From: an uncultured Verrucomicrobiaceae bacterium
Lineage (GTDB): Bacteria > Pseudomonadota > Gammaproteobacteria > Pseudomonadales > CAMLJR01
DNA: 64,000 bases
Direction of reading: 5' to 3'
Assembly (NCBI GenBank): GCA_964515735.1
Contig: CAZEVP010000004.1
Span: 961 to 64,960 of the forward strand
The notes below the pieces were generated by a model. The model saw nothing but the letters and a program-made list of their open reading frames with translations, made no database searches and had not been told where the DNA came from. The translations under genes and the position numbers were made by a program. This document shows positions 28,711 to 38,953 of this stretch, piece by piece (the first letter of the stretch is position 1; every line of letters starts with the position of its first letter).

Positions 28711-29550
28711 GTGGGCCAGGAACTATCCGGAAAGGTGGCGATCGTCACCGGCGGTGCCAACGGCATCGGTCAGGCGACGGCGGAGCTGTTCGTCAGTGAG
28801 GGGGCGAAGGTGGTCATCGCCGACGTCAACGCCGAACTGGGCGAGGCGCTGGCGGCGCGTCTGGGCGATGCCGCCGTGTTTCGTCACACCGACGTCTCCA
28901 GCAGGGAGCAGGTGTTCGGGCTGATCGATTTCGCGGTCGAGACCTTCGGCGGCCTGCACATCATGTTCAACAACGCCGGCATTTCCGGCGCGACGTATCC
29001 GCGTTTTCTCGACGACGATCTCGCCGATTTCCAGAAAGTCATCGGCGTCAATCTGTTCGGCGTCATGCTCGGCTGTCAGGCCGCCGGTCGCTACATGAAG
29101 GCGCACGGCGGTGGCGTGATCCTGAACAACGCATCGATCGCCGGCGTGCTGCCGGGCCATGCGCTGATGAGCTACCGCGCCACCAAGGCGGCGGTGATCC
29201 AGCTCAGCAAGTCGATCGCGATCGATCTTGCCGAGTACGGCATTCGCGTCAACTGCTTCGCGCCGGGCCACATCCGTACCTCGCTGAATGCGTTCACGAC
29301 GCCGGACATGACGCCGGAACAGGCCGAGCGCGTCAAACAGGCGATGGCGCCGGTGTGGGATGCGAACCAGCCGCTGAAACGCCACGGCCGCCCGATCGAC
29401 GTCGCCAACGCGGCGCTGTTCATCTGCAGCGATCGCGCCGCGCAGATCACCGGCATCGTCATGCCGATCGACGGTGGCATCACCGCTGGCGATCCGGTCA
29501 ATCATCTGAAGGAGCTGTTCGACGCGCGCGCACGCGCACTGGCGGAGTGA
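28711..29550 (+). CDS. Short-chain dehydrogenase/reductase (SDR)
   Basis: It has GKVAIVTGGANGIGQA, NNAG, and YRATK (YxxxK). I prefer the GTG at 28711 (AGGAGG 5 nt upstream) over the TTG at 28693. Confidence 0.88.
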   Translation: MGQELSGKVAIVTGGANGIGQATAELFVSEGAKVVIADVNAELGEALAARLGDAAVFRHTDVSSREQVFGLIDFAVETFGGLHIMFNNAGISGATYPRFLDDDLADFQKVIGVNLFGVMLGCQAAGRYMKAHGGGVILNNASIAGVLPGHALMSYRATKAAVIQLSKSIAIDLAEYGIRVNCFAPGHIRTSLNAFTTPDMTPEQAERVKQAMAPVWDANQPLKRHGRPIDVANAALFICSDRAAQITGIVMPIDGGITAGDPVNHLKELFDARARALAE

Positions 29551-29674
29551 GTGGCGTCTCCGAGCATGACTTCACGCGGTCACTGAAATAGCCATGAAAA
29601 GCCGAAATAACGATAACCAGTAAAGCCGCAAGCACTGCGTGATGCGCGAGCGGCACAATCCCGGAGAGACGACG

Positions 29675-31969
29675 ATGAAGAAAAACAGGGTGAACGCTGC
29701 GAGCAGGTTCAACGGGGTGGGCATCGGCTGTGCGACGGCCGGTGTGCTGCTGATGACATCGCCGCTGGCGATGGCGCAGACCGCGCCCACGGGCCGGCAG
29801 GCGGCGGCGATCGAGGAGGTCGTCGTCACCGCGCGTCGGCGCGACGAGAGCCTGGCCAACGTGCCGATCGCGGTCACCGCGATGAGTGCCGAGCAGCTCA
29901 ACGATCGCCAGGTCTATTCCGATGCCGACCTGCAGGTCGCGGTACCGGGCCTGACCATCCGCCAGACGCAGGGCAACAACTCGCTGACCTATGCCATCCG
30001 CGGTCAGTCGGCCGACACCTTCAGCGGTTCGCCGTCGGCGGTGGTCGCCTATCTGAACGAGGTGCCGCTGTCGATCAGCGGCGCGTCGACGTTCTACGAC
30101 CTGGCCTCGGTGCAGGTGCTGAAGGGGCCGCAGGGCACGCTGTTCGGCCGCAACACCACCGGTGGCGCCGTGCTCTACACCGCTGCGAAGCCGGTCAACG
30201 ACACCGAGGCGATGCTGCGCGTGCGCGCCGGCAATTACGACATGCGCGAGTTCGAGGGCATGGTCAACGTGCCGCTGATCGCCGACAAACTGCTGCTGCG
30301 CGGTGCATTCAACACGATCCGCAAGGACGGCTACATCGACAATGTCGTCACCGGCAATACGCACGGTGACATCGGTCGCGACAGCGGTCGCATCAGCCTG
30401 ACCGTGATGCCGACCGACCGGCTGGAAAACACCACGCTCTACAGCTACTCGCGCACTGATGGCACCAACACCGGCGCCACCTACGTCTACAGCGTCTACA
30501 CGCCGGACGACGAGGCGCGACTGGGGCGCACGCTGAACACCAGCACCGCCTTCATTGCCGATGCGGTCGATGAGCAGAAACGCCTCGGCTACTACAAGAC
30601 GCGGCATCCGTATGGCGCCGATCATGTCGGCGAGGATCAGATACTCATCAACACGACGACGTTTGATCTGAGCGACAACCTGCGCCTGAAGAACATCCTT
30701 GGCTACACCACCGCCGATACCGATTCCGAGCAGCCGGCGCTGGGGGCGGAGTTCCCGACCTTCGTGACACGCAATGTCGCGACCGGCAAGATCGGCAACG
30801 AGATGGATACCCGGTCGCTCACCGAAGAGTTCCAGATCTCCGGCGAGGCGCTCGATGGCAAGCTGAGCTACATCGGCGGCATCTACCTGCAGGACCAGCG
30901 CACCGACACACTGTGGCCGCAGAGCTATTTCGGCGGCGCGGTGACGGCGACCAACCACTTCCGCATCGAGACCGAGACGACGGCGCTCTACACGCAGGGC
31001 ACCTACAGCCTGATGCCTGACCTGCGCCTGACCGCCGGTTTCCGCTACACCCGTGAGGAAGTGTCGATCCGGCAGATGTCGCAGGGCGATTACTACCGCG
31101 TGCCCGGTTTCGCGCAGAAGCAGGATGAGACGTTCGAGGAGCCGTCGTGGGAGGTCGGCCTCGAGTACGACCTGAACGACGCCACGCTGACCTACCTGAA
31201 GACGCGTCACAGCTTCCGCAGCGGCGGTTTCAACGGCTCGGCGCCGCCGGTGGATGCCAATGCCACCGGTGGCGGCAACAAGTTCGACATGGAGACGGTG
31301 CAGGACGTCGAGCTGGGCCTGAAATATCAGGGGCAGGTATTCGAGCGCCCGGCCAGGCTGAACCTCGCGGTCTACAAGCAGTGGGTCGACGACGTACAGC
31401 GCATCGAGTTCCCGGATCCGCCCGGCCCGGTGGCTTCGATCGCAGTGACGGCGAACATTCCCGAGATGGAAGTGCAGGGGCTGGAGCTGGAGGCGTCGAT
31501 GCTGGTCACCGACTGGCTGGAGCTGGGCGTCTCCGGCGCCTACACCGATGCCGACTTCACCGACGGCAACACGACGCTGTTCGGCGTCGGCTACTCCTAT
31601 GGCCCGGTCGCCAACACGCCGGAGAAAACCTGGACGGTGTGGGCGCAGGCCGACCTGCTGCGCAGCGCCGAGATCGGCGACATCGCGCTGCGGGGAGAGG
31701 TGTACGGGCAGGACAGCATGTACTTCTCCAACGCCGCGCACTCGCTGACGCCATACACCGAGCTGCCGTCCTACGAGCTGGTCAATGCCCGGCTCAGCTG
31801 GAACGGCATCATGGGGACGTCGTTCTCCGGCGCGCTGTTCGGCAAGAACCTGACCGATGAGGAGTATTTCGTCGGCGGGATGCCGCTTGGCGCGTCGCTC
31901 GGGCACAATGGCGCCGTCGTTGGTGAGCCGCGCACCTACGGCGTGGAACTGACCTATCAATTCCGCTGA
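29675..31969 (+). CDS. TonB-dependent outer-membrane receptor
   Basis: A signal peptide (…LLMTSPLAMAQT) is present. The plug region is EEVVVTARRRDESLANVPIAVTAMSAEQL...VLKGPQGTLFGRNTTGG. The C-terminal barrel strand is YGVELTYQF(R). The start is at M13 of the track ORF (GGAGAG SD). Confidence 0.9.
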   Translation: MKKNRVNAASRFNGVGIGCATAGVLLMTSPLAMAQTAPTGRQAAAIEEVVVTARRRDESLANVPIAVTAMSAEQLNDRQVYSDADLQVAVPGLTIRQTQGNNSLTYAIRGQSADTFSGSPSAVVAYLNEVPLSISGASTFYDLASVQVLKGPQGTLFGRNTTGGAVLYTAAKPVNDTEAMLRVRAGNYDMREFEGMVNVPLIADKLLLRGAFNTIRKDGYIDNVVTGNTHGDIGRDSGRISLTVMPTDRLENTTLYSYSRTDGTNTGATYVYSVYTPDDEARLGRTLNTSTAFIADAVDEQKRLGYYKTRHPYGADHVGEDQILINTTTFDLSDNLRLKNILGYTTADTDSEQPALGAEFPTFVTRNVATGKIGNEMDTRSLTEEFQISGEALDGKLSYIGGIYLQDQRTDTLWPQSYFGGAVTATNHFRIETETTALYTQGTYSLMPDLRLTAGFRYTREEVSIRQMSQGDYYRVPGFAQKQDETFEEPSWEVGLEYDLNDATLTYLKTRHSFRSGGFNGSAPPVDANATGGGNKFDMETVQDVELGLKYQGQVFERPARLNLAVYKQWVDDVQRIEFPDPPGPVASIAVTANIPEMEVQGLELEASMLVTDWLELGVSGAYTDADFTDGNTTLFGVGYSYGPVANTPEKTWTVWAQADLLRSAEIGDIALRGEVYGQDSMYFSNAAHSLTPYTELPSYELVNARLSWNGIMGTSFSGALFGKNLTDEEYFVGGMPLGASLGHNGAVVGEPRTYGVELTYQFR

Positions 31970-31974
31970 AATCG

Positions 31975-32012
31975 GACGACGCCCCCGAGGGGGCGTCGTC
32001 TCTGTTCTGTTC
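31975..32012 (+). terminator. Rho-independent terminator after the TonB-dependent receptor gene
   Basis: Hairpin GACGACGCCCCC-GA-GGGGGCGTCGTC followed by TCTGTTCTGTTC. Confidence 0.75.
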
Positions 32013-32064
32013 AACATGTTGTAGACGCGCCCGTTCGCGAGCGGGCGCGAAGAGAGGAGATGCA

Positions 32065-32388
32065 ATGGGTATCACGGTTACTTTCGTCCAGCTCGATGGC
32101 GTCGAGAAAACTCTGGATGGCGAAGTCGGCGAGTCGCTGATGGAGCTGGCGCGCGCCAACGGCGTCGAGGGGATTCTCGGCGACTGCGGCGGTGGCTGCG
32201 CCTGCGCGACCTGCCACGTCTATGTCGATCCCGAGTGGGTCGAGGTGGTCGGCAAGCCGGACGACATCGAGGAGATGACGCTGGACATGGTGTCGGACAT
32301 CTGCAAGCCGAACAGCCGTCTCTGCTGCCAGGTGCAGCTGCGGCCCGAGATGGACGGGCTGCGCATGACGGTCGCGCCGGTCGAGTGA
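32065..32388 (+). CDS. [2Fe-2S] ferredoxin, adrenodoxin/putidaredoxin type
   Basis: The 107-aa product has cysteine pattern GDCGGGCACATCHV...CC, typical of P450-partner vertebrate-type ferredoxins. Confidence 0.9.
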   Translation: MGITVTFVQLDGVEKTLDGEVGESLMELARANGVEGILGDCGGGCACATCHVYVDPEWVEVVGKPDDIEEMTLDMVSDICKPNSRLCCQVQLRPEMDGLRMTVAPVE

Positions 32389-32470
32389 TCGGCGGCCGCT
32401 GTCCCGGTGACGACAGTCCCGACAACGACAGCAGCGATATTGATAACGACAGCGAAGCGGAGAGAGTTCG

Positions 32471-34204
32471 ATGCAGAAGCGGGAAGCCTATGATGTGGTC
32501 GTCGTCGGTTCCGGGTCGGCCGGTGCGACGGCGGCGCTGCGCGCGGCCGAGCTCGGCCTCTCCGTGCTGGTCGTCGAGAAGGCGCACAAGTTCGGCGGCA
32601 CTTCGGCCACGTCGGGTGGCGTGCTGTGGGTGCCGAACCACCAGCTGACGCCGAACGACGACAGCCGCGAGCAGGCGCTGCAATACATCGACAGCCTGAT
32701 TTGCGGCGAGGTCCAGCGCGATCGCCTCGAAGCCTTCGTCGATCAGGCGCCGGCGATGGTGAAATTCCTGAAGGCGGTCGGCGTGCCGGTGATGCCGGCG
32801 GTGTGGCCGGACTATTTCGCCGATGCACCGTGCGCGCGCAATGACCGCTCGCTGATCTGCGACACCTTCGACGGCCGCCAGCTCGGCGACCGGTTCGTGC
32901 TGATGCGCGAGCAGTACACCCGCTTCAAACTGCTGAACCGCTACGCGATGGACCTGCCGGAGTTCTTCGCGATCTCGACGCGCGCACCGGGCTGGATCAA
33001 GGTGCTGGCGAAGATTCTCTGGCGCTACTGGAGCGATGTCGGCACGCGCCTGATCCACCGCCGCGATCGCCGCTTCACCAGCGGCGGCGCGCTGATGGGG
33101 CATCTGTTCAAGGTGCTGTTCGATCGCGGCGTCGAAGTGCGTCTCGAAACGGCGCTGGACGAACTGGTGGTCAGCGATGGCGAGATCACCGGTGTCGTGG
33201 TCAGCAATTTCGGACGCCGCTACCAGATCGATGCGAAGCACGGCGTCGTGCTCTGCGCCGGCGGATTCGAGTGGAACCAGGAGCTGCGCGACCGCTTTTT
33301 CCCGGTGCCGGGTCTGACCCGCCACAGCAGCTCGCCGGAGGACGCCAACCGTGGCGAGGCGCTGCTGGCCGGCATGAAGGTCGGCGCTGCCACCGAGCAT
33401 ACCGAGGGCGCGTGGTGGATTCCGACCATGCACATGCCGATGCCGAAGGTGTCGAACTTCGAGGAGATCCATCAGGCGGCGTTCGATGTCGGCCGTCCGC
33501 ACAGCGTCTGCGTCAATCGCAACGGCGTGCGCTTCGTCGACGAGGCGTGCAGTTACGACGAGTTCGGCGCGGCGATGGTGAAGGACCAGCTGGCGACCGG
33601 GGCCAACATGCCGTGCTGGCTGATCTTCGATGCGCAGTTCCGCGCCAAATTCACCGCCGGCGGTTTCATGCCGTCGCTGATCATGCCGGACTGGATGATC
33701 TCGAAGGATTGCTGGGACCACTACATCTTCAAGGCCGACACGCTGGAGACGCTGGCGACCAGGATCCAGCTGCCGGTCGAGGCGCTGCGGCAGACCGTCG
33801 CCAACATGAACCAGTACGCTCGCACCGGCACCGACCCGGAGTTCGGCCGCGGCGGCAACGCCTACGACCGCATGTTCGGCGACCCGAGCATCGCGCCCAA
33901 TCCGTGCCTCGGGCCGATCGATCGCGCGCCGTACTACGCGGTGCCGATCCACGCCGGCGACCTCGGCACCAAGGGCGGCCTGAAGGCCGATGCGCACGCG
34001 CGCGTGCTCGACGGCAACGGCCGGCCGATTCCCGGCCTCTACGCGGCCGGCAACAATTCGGGCAGCCCGTTCGGCAACCTCTATCCGGGTGCCGGTGGTA
34101 CCATCGGCCCCGCGATGACATTCGGTTTCGTCGCAGTCAATGACATTGCCGCGCGCGCCGGTAAAACCGTGGAGGCGGCGGCAACACCAGAGGAAGTTGC
34201 CTGA
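32471..34204 (+). CDS. FAD-dependent dehydrogenase, 3-oxosteroid 1-dehydrogenase (KstD)-like / fumarate-reductase flavoprotein family
   Basis: The N-terminal Rossmann motif is YDVVVVGSGSAGATAALRAAELGLSVLVVEKAHKFGGTSATSGGVLW. The C-terminus is GLYAAGNNSG...YPGAGGTIGPAMTFG. The 577-aa size is typical of KstD-like enzymes. Confidence 0.75.
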   Translation: MQKREAYDVVVVGSGSAGATAALRAAELGLSVLVVEKAHKFGGTSATSGGVLWVPNHQLTPNDDSREQALQYIDSLICGEVQRDRLEAFVDQAPAMVKFLKAVGVPVMPAVWPDYFADAPCARNDRSLICDTFDGRQLGDRFVLMREQYTRFKLLNRYAMDLPEFFAISTRAPGWIKVLAKILWRYWSDVGTRLIHRRDRRFTSGGALMGHLFKVLFDRGVEVRLETALDELVVSDGEITGVVVSNFGRRYQIDAKHGVVLCAGGFEWNQELRDRFFPVPGLTRHSSSPEDANRGEALLAGMKVGAATEHTEGAWWIPTMHMPMPKVSNFEEIHQAAFDVGRPHSVCVNRNGVRFVDEACSYDEFGAAMVKDQLATGANMPCWLIFDAQFRAKFTAGGFMPSLIMPDWMISKDCWDHYIFKADTLETLATRIQLPVEALRQTVANMNQYARTGTDPEFGRGGNAYDRMFGDPSIAPNPCLGPIDRAPYYAVPIHAGDLGTKGGLKADAHARVLDGNGRPIPGLYAAGNNSGSPFGNLYPGAGGTIGPAMTFGFVAVNDIAARAGKTVEAAATPEEVA

Positions 34205-34206
34205 TC

Positions 34207-35013
34207 ATGTCCGATGTTGCACCGGTGCGTTCGTTTGAAACCCTGGCGTTGTCGCGTAAAGGTCGTCTGCTGACGATCACGCTGAATCGTCCCGACCAGC
34301 TCAATGCCGTCAACCTGCGTTTGCACGAAGAGCTGGCCGAAGTGTTTTCCTGGGCCACGGCCGACCCGCACTCCGACGTGGTGCTGCTGACCGGTGCCGG
34401 CCGCGCCTTCTCCGCCGGTGGTGACATCGACCACATTCTCTCCTTCGTCAACGATCCCAACCTGTTCGACGAAGAGGTTCGTCTTGCCAAGCGCATCGTC
34501 TTTTCGATGCTCGATCTCGACAAACCGCTGATCTGCCGCATGAACGGCCACGCCGTCGGCCTCGGCGCCACGTTGGCGCTGTTCTGCGACATCATCTTCG
34601 CTGCGGAAAACGCCAGGATCGGCGATCCCCATGTATTGGTTGGCCTCGTCGCCGGTGATGGTGGGGCGGTGATCTGGCCGCAGCGTATTGGCCTGTGCCG
34701 TGCCAAGGAGTTCCTGTTGACCGGCGAACTGCTGACGGCACCGAAGGCGGCCGAGATCGGCCTGATCAACCACAGCCTGCCGGCCGCCGAGCTCGACGCC
34801 GCCGTCGATGCCTGCTGCGACAAATTGCTGAACGGTGCGACCAAGGCGATTCGTGCGACCAAGGTACTGCTGAACCTCGAACTGAAGCGTGTGGCGCACT
34901 CGCTGATGGATACCGGTCTTGCCTACGAGGCGTTGTCGATCCGCTCGGCCGATCACCACGAGGCGATCGCGGCGATGCAGGAGAAGCGCAAGCCGCAGTT
35001 CAACAAGGGTTGA
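34207..35013 (+). CDS. Enoyl-CoA hydratase/isomerase (crotonase) family
   Basis: Motifs LTITLNRPDQLNAV, FSAGGD and GHAVGLGATLALFCD are present. Confidence 0.88.
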   Translation: MSDVAPVRSFETLALSRKGRLLTITLNRPDQLNAVNLRLHEELAEVFSWATADPHSDVVLLTGAGRAFSAGGDIDHILSFVNDPNLFDEEVRLAKRIVFSMLDLDKPLICRMNGHAVGLGATLALFCDIIFAAENARIGDPHVLVGLVAGDGGAVIWPQRIGLCRAKEFLLTGELLTAPKAAEIGLINHSLPAAELDAAVDACCDKLLNGATKAIRATKVLLNLELKRVAHSLMDTGLAYEALSIRSADHHEAIAAMQEKRKPQFNKG

Positions 35014-35030
35014 TATCTCGCTGACCCAAT

Positions 35031-35067
35031 CCCCTCTCCCTTCAGGGAGAGGGTTAGGGAGAGGGGA
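35031..35067. repeat. REP-like element, copy B (single unit)
   Basis: CCCCTCTCCC-TTCA-GGGAGAGGG followed by TTAGGGAGAGGGG. The core is the same as copies A and C. Confidence 0.8.
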
Positions 35068-35098
35068 GTGCAAGGCTTCCAACGGAGATCGATGCCAG

Positions 35099-35434
35099 AT
35101 GGCGCGTTACAAACTGGTTGTGATGAGTCGACCGACCGAAGGTCGCGAAGATGAGTACAACGACTGGTATCAGAACTTTCATCTGCAACAGATGGTGGCG
35201 CTGCCCGGCTTCGTCTCGGCGCAGCGCTTCCGCTTCTCGCGTTCGCTGGGCGAACGCAACATCTTCCCCTACATGGCGATCTACGAGATCGACAGCGACG
35301 ATATCGACGCGGTGGTGCGCGCCATCGAGGCGGGCGCCGGCACCGAGCAGCTGATGGTGTCGAGCGCTATCGATACCTCATCGGCCTACGCGGCGATTTA
35401 CGAGGAGTTTGGTGAAGTGGTGGAGCGATTGTAG
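35099..35434 (+). CDS. Hypothetical small protein, possibly EthD-like / dimeric alpha-beta-barrel fold
   Basis: This is the last 111 codons of ORF 34919..35434, from the ATG at 35099 (MARYKLVVMSRPTEGREDEYNDWYQNFHLQQMVALPGFVSAQRF...). The fold assignment rests only on size and pattern. Confidence 0.45.
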   Translation: MARYKLVVMSRPTEGREDEYNDWYQNFHLQQMVALPGFVSAQRFRFSRSLGERNIFPYMAIYEIDSDDIDAVVRAIEAGAGTEQLMVSSAIDTSSAYAAIYEEFGEVVERL

Positions 35435-35506
35435 GTTCTTCTGCTTTCGGCCAAAAAAGCGGACGGTTGAGATAATCGAAAAGCGGACGCTCAACGTCGA
35501 AGCTCA

Positions 35507-35535
35507 GGGGCGCGCCGCAAGCGGCGCGCCCTTTG
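35507..35535 (+). terminator. GC-rich hairpin, weak terminator at the left border of islet 2
   Basis: Hairpin GGGCGCGCC-GCAAGC-GGCGCGCCC followed by only TTT. Confidence 0.4.
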
Positions 35536-35575
35536 GAGCGCAGTGTTAGAGGTTGCGGGTGACAGTTGGAGCGAA

Positions 35576-37525
35576 CTAAATAGCATTTAGATCAGCCTGT
35601 GCTTGGGCCAATTGTTGGCTGGCTACCTGCAAGGGAGGACTAAACGCGTTCGCTTGGCTGATCATGTCTTGGCGCAAGCGCTGTAGTTCCGCAGCCCCTG
35701 CGCTGAGGGCGGTTTCTAGTGCGCGCTTACGGGTCGCAATGTTGACTCGCACCGAGTTCTTGTCGGCTTCTGTCACCGCTAGATTGGGGTTGAAGACAAA
35801 TCGGCGTTCGCAAGCTTTCCGCCAGTCCACTACGGACTGCGTTAAGATTTCGCCAAAACCTTTCACAGAAATGACTTTTGTCCAGGTGACGTCTGCTGCT
35901 GTTTCTATCCCGAAAGACCTTAAGGCAGCTTTCTTGGCTGATCTGACTCCCGGAATGGTGGCGGCATCAATAAAGTGACGTTCTAGGAATTTTTGCTTCT
36001 GCCGGGCTTCTGCTGTGGCATGGAGGTTGGCTATTTCGGTTTTCTCGCGCTCGGGCAATCGTGAGTATTCGTCGCGGAGTCGGGCCAAGCCCTGTTTTTT
36101 TTTGGCGAATGCTTCTGGGCTAGCCTCTTGGTAGATTTGGTCAACGATTTGATCGTATGCCTGTTGTGCCGAATTGCGGGCCGCTTGGCGTTTAGTGCGT
36201 TCGGCTTTGCGTTCATCGCCCCCCAAATTACCCGCTACCGCCCACGCCCACCAAGCCCCACCCAGCACGAAGAACCACGCCCCGGGAATAGCGGCAAAGA
36301 GCAAAAGCGCAACCCCAGCAATAACGATCCGCCAGAAAGTAATCATCCCTTGTTGTTGGATGCCCGGTGGTAACGGGGTAGGTTGAACTGCAATGGCGGC
36401 AATGTTTGGGATGGGGATTGCCGGAGGTGGTGGAACGGCTTCAATCGCGGCCCAGACCCGCGCTAAGACAAAGCCGTTGGTTCCGGTGGAGGTAACTCCC
36501 ACCTGGACATCCAAGAAGTAGATAACCCCGTGATCTTCCAATATGCACCACGGGCACCGGCCAAGGTGGCCGGGATAGAGATGCATGGGGGCGCTAGCAC
36601 AGCGTTTCAATTGCCCGCGCAGGCCGTCCAAGGCGGTTACCCATTGCTGGGCCGTGGGGCGGCTCCCCTGGGCTCCATTTTCCGTAAACGCGCGCGTAAA
36701 CATGGCTTGGATCGGGTCGGGAACGATGCTGACTGGGATGGATTTAGGGGGCGGGTTGAAGCCGCGCCGCTGCCCGTCCGGGGCATAGGCGTAGCGAAAG
36801 GCTTGAATATCCTTTTCCAAGGCCTCGCCCGCATCATTCCGCAAGGGCACCCCGGAATAGGGATGCCGCCCGCCAAACAGCAAGTGGAAGATCAACAGCG
36901 CCAAGCCGAAGTTGTCGTGATTGCTGGTGCGGGGTACACGGTCAAATGACGCGACCCCTTGCAGTTCGGGTGGGGTGAAATGCGCCACGCCAACTTTGCA
37001 TAGGTGCGTCGTACCGTGGGCATTGATCTGGAAGGAGTCGGTATCAATCAGGACCACCTTGCTATCGGCGCCGACCAACACATTGCCTTGGTTGACGTCT
37101 CCTAGCACATGGCCATGGTGGTGGATCGCGGCAAAAGCCGCCGCCGTGTTCCGGGCGGCAAAGAGCAGGAAATCCCACGCGGCTTGGGGGTAGTCTTGCC
37201 GGCGGTGCGCCGGGCTATACAGCATATGAATCGGCGCCCGGCCACTGACTTTGGGCATTAGGAACCCGACCACCGGCCCGTTGGCCGTCTTATGCAGGGT
37301 TTCTTGGGGCCACGCCGCGTAGCTCAGCAGTTCATTATCCGCTGTGGATGCCATGAAGCGCAGTTTGGCTTGCTTCGGCGCATCGGGCTGGTGGTTCCCG
37401 TTGTATAACTTCGCAACCCAATGATGGTTTGCGGGTACCTCGTAGACGGAACCCTCACCCCCTTTGCCGAGTTCGCGCCCGATTTCGATGGTCTTGCCCG
37501 TGCCTGTGGCAAAAGTTTTCGTCAT
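35576..37525 (-). CDS. Ser/Thr protein kinase of a vWA-PP2C-kinase triad (YegI-like): kinase domain, TM hairpin, coiled coil, tandem HhH
   Basis: Kinase motifs are LGKGGEGSVYEV (Gly loop), VAKLY (Lys), HGHVLGDVNQGNVLV (catalytic loop), LIDTDSF (DFG-like) and FTPPE (APE-like). The hydrophobic stretch is ITFWRIVIAGVALLLFAAIPGAWFFVLGGAWWAWAV. The C-terminal HhH-like motifs are IPGVRSAKKAALRSFGIETAADV and VKGFGEILTQSVV. I prefer the ATG at 37525, since the track start at 37531 is TTG. Confidence 0.85.
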   Translation of the reverse strand: MTKTFATGTGKTIEIGRELGKGGEGSVYEVPANHHWVAKLYNGNHQPDAPKQAKLRFMASTADNELLSYAAWPQETLHKTANGPVVGFLMPKVSGRAPIHMLYSPAHRRQDYPQAAWDFLLFAARNTAAAFAAIHHHGHVLGDVNQGNVLVGADSKVVLIDTDSFQINAHGTTHLCKVGVAHFTPPELQGVASFDRVPRTSNHDNFGLALLIFHLLFGGRHPYSGVPLRNDAGEALEKDIQAFRYAYAPDGQRRGFNPPPKSIPVSIVPDPIQAMFTRAFTENGAQGSRPTAQQWVTALDGLRGQLKRCASAPMHLYPGHLGRCPWCILEDHGVIYFLDVQVGVTSTGTNGFVLARVWAAIEAVPPPPAIPIPNIAAIAVQPTPLPPGIQQQGMITFWRIVIAGVALLLFAAIPGAWFFVLGGAWWAWAVAGNLGGDERKAERTKRQAARNSAQQAYDQIVDQIYQEASPEAFAKKKQGLARLRDEYSRLPEREKTEIANLHATAEARQKQKFLERHFIDAATIPGVRSAKKAALRSFGIETAADVTWTKVISVKGFGEILTQSVVDWRKACERRFVFNPNLAVTEADKNSVRVNIATRKRALETALSAGAAELQRLRQDMISQANAFSPPLQVASQQLAQAQADLNAI

Positions 37526-37532
37526 GGCCAAC

Positions 37533-38297
37533 CTACCCGACCCAGTAGGCGAGGGCTAAGGTCTTGTCGTCGTCGGTACGCTCGTTCACGGCCTGACTGC
37601 TCAAGAACCGCGCCAGTTCGGCCTGCAAGTGATCCTCTTGCGCCGCCGTCGCCGTGGCCAGCACGGTGAAGAAGGGCGTGAAAAACGGCGTGTGGGCGGT
37701 GTTGGTGGCCATATTCAGGGCCAACCGTTGGATGCCATCGGAGAAGACCGCGACTTTCTCTGGCCGGGCGGGCAAGACGGCGACCGCCAGCACGTCGATG
37801 GCGTTTTCGTCGGTGACAAAGTTGGTCATGTTGGCGTATTCCCCCGCCATCGGGGTAATGGGAACGGACAGGCCATTGCCGACATCAACCACAATCCCGC
37901 CGTCGCCAATCTGCATTAGGAGCGTGGCGAATGGGGACGCGACCACGCCTAAGAAGGTGCAGGCGTAATCCCGGGCCTTGGCGCCTTGCCGCTCCGCTGC
38001 CGTATAAATTTTGGCCCGCACGGCTTGGATGCATTCCACCGCCCAATGATCCGTGAGGGCATATTCCCCCGCGTGGGCATAGTGTTCGCCGACAAAGGCG
38101 GTGGCGGCTTCTATCGCTAATTCGGCGCCGGTGCCCCCATGGGGGGCACTGCCAGCCCCATCGGCGACAAAGATTGTCAGGAGGGGCGGTTTCGCCGGAT
38201 CAGTTTCAACTTGCGCGAGACAACTATCTTGGCAGTCGGTGCCGGTCGCCGTGTGGGAGGTGCCGACCACCGAGGTGGCCACGACCCGCCACGTCAC
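37533..38297 (-). CDS. PP2C-family protein phosphatase of the triad (YegK/PphC-like)
   Basis: PP2C-like motifs are [32 protein letters not shown] and AVFSDG. The GTG start at 38297 overlaps the vWA stop (GTGA), giving 254 aa. The longer track ORF would overlap the vWA gene. Confidence 0.8.
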   Translation of the reverse strand: MTWRVVATSVVGTSHTATGTDCQDSCLAQVETDPAKPPLLTIFVADGAGSAPHGGTGAELAIEAATAFVGEHYAHAGEYALTDHWAVECIQAVRAKIYTAAERQGAKARDYACTFLGVVASPFATLLMQIGDGGIVVDVGNGLSVPITPMAGEYANMTNFVTDENAIDVLAVAVLPARPEKVAVFSDGIQRLALNMATNTAHTPFFTPFFTVLATATAAQEDHLQAELARFLSSQAVNERTDDDKTLALAYWVG

Positions 38298-38953
38298 ACT
38301 GAAGCCCAGCCTTGCGGCGACTGCAAGGGCACTTCGGTGCCCGGCGTCGACCGAGATACCGAGCGCAAGGAACTCGACAACCAACTGAACAGATCCCGGA
38401 AGCGCAAGCCATCCAGCCGCAACGGCTCCCGCACACTGATTTGTTGCAGGGTATCCATATTGGCGCCTTGGACCCCAATGGCGAAGAAGGCAAAGGACTT
38501 CGATGCTTCCCCTTCCCGCACGGCGGCAGCCGCCGACTGCCATTCATCAGTCGGGCCGCCATCGGTAATCAGGAACACCCACGGGCGATAGTAGGAAATC
38601 CCGTTGGCCCGGTATTCGTCCTTGCGCTGGCGCACCAAGTCCAAACCCTGTTTGATCGCCGCTCCCATCGGGGTATCCCCTTGGGCGGTTAAGGCCGGCG
38701 GATAGAACGATGCCGCGCCTTGGAACGGCAAAGCAATCTGCACCGGCCCGAAGGTCACGATCCCAACTTCTACCCGCTTCATGGCCAAGGCGTCCGCCGC
38801 TAGTTCGTCTTTGAAGGTAGTCAAGCCGGCATTCAGTGCGGTAATCGGTTGTCCCTGCATCGAGCCGGAGACATCCAGCAGCAGGAGGCACGGGCAACGC
38901 GGTTCCGGGTTGTCCGCAAATTCGGTGGTACCGAAGGCAATTTGATCAGGCAT
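38294..38953 (-). CDS. TerY-like von Willebrand factor A (vWA) domain protein of the triad (YegL-like)
   Basis: The MIDAS motif is [10 protein letters not shown], followed by ...GDTPMG... and [10 protein letters not shown]. The start is at M26 of the track ORF (GGAGAAATCGCA-ATG), giving 219 aa. Confidence 0.85.
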   Translation of the reverse strand: MPDQIAFGTTEFADNPEPRCPCLLLLDVSGSMQGQPITALNAGLTTFKDELAADALAMKRVEVGIVTFGPVQIALPFQGAASFYPPALTAQGDTPMGAAIKQGLDLVRQRKDEYRANGISYYRPWVFLITDGGPTDEWQSAAAAVREGEASKSFAFFAIGVQGANMDTLQQISVREPLRLDGLRFRDLFSWLSSSLRSVSRSTPGTEVPLQSPQGWASV

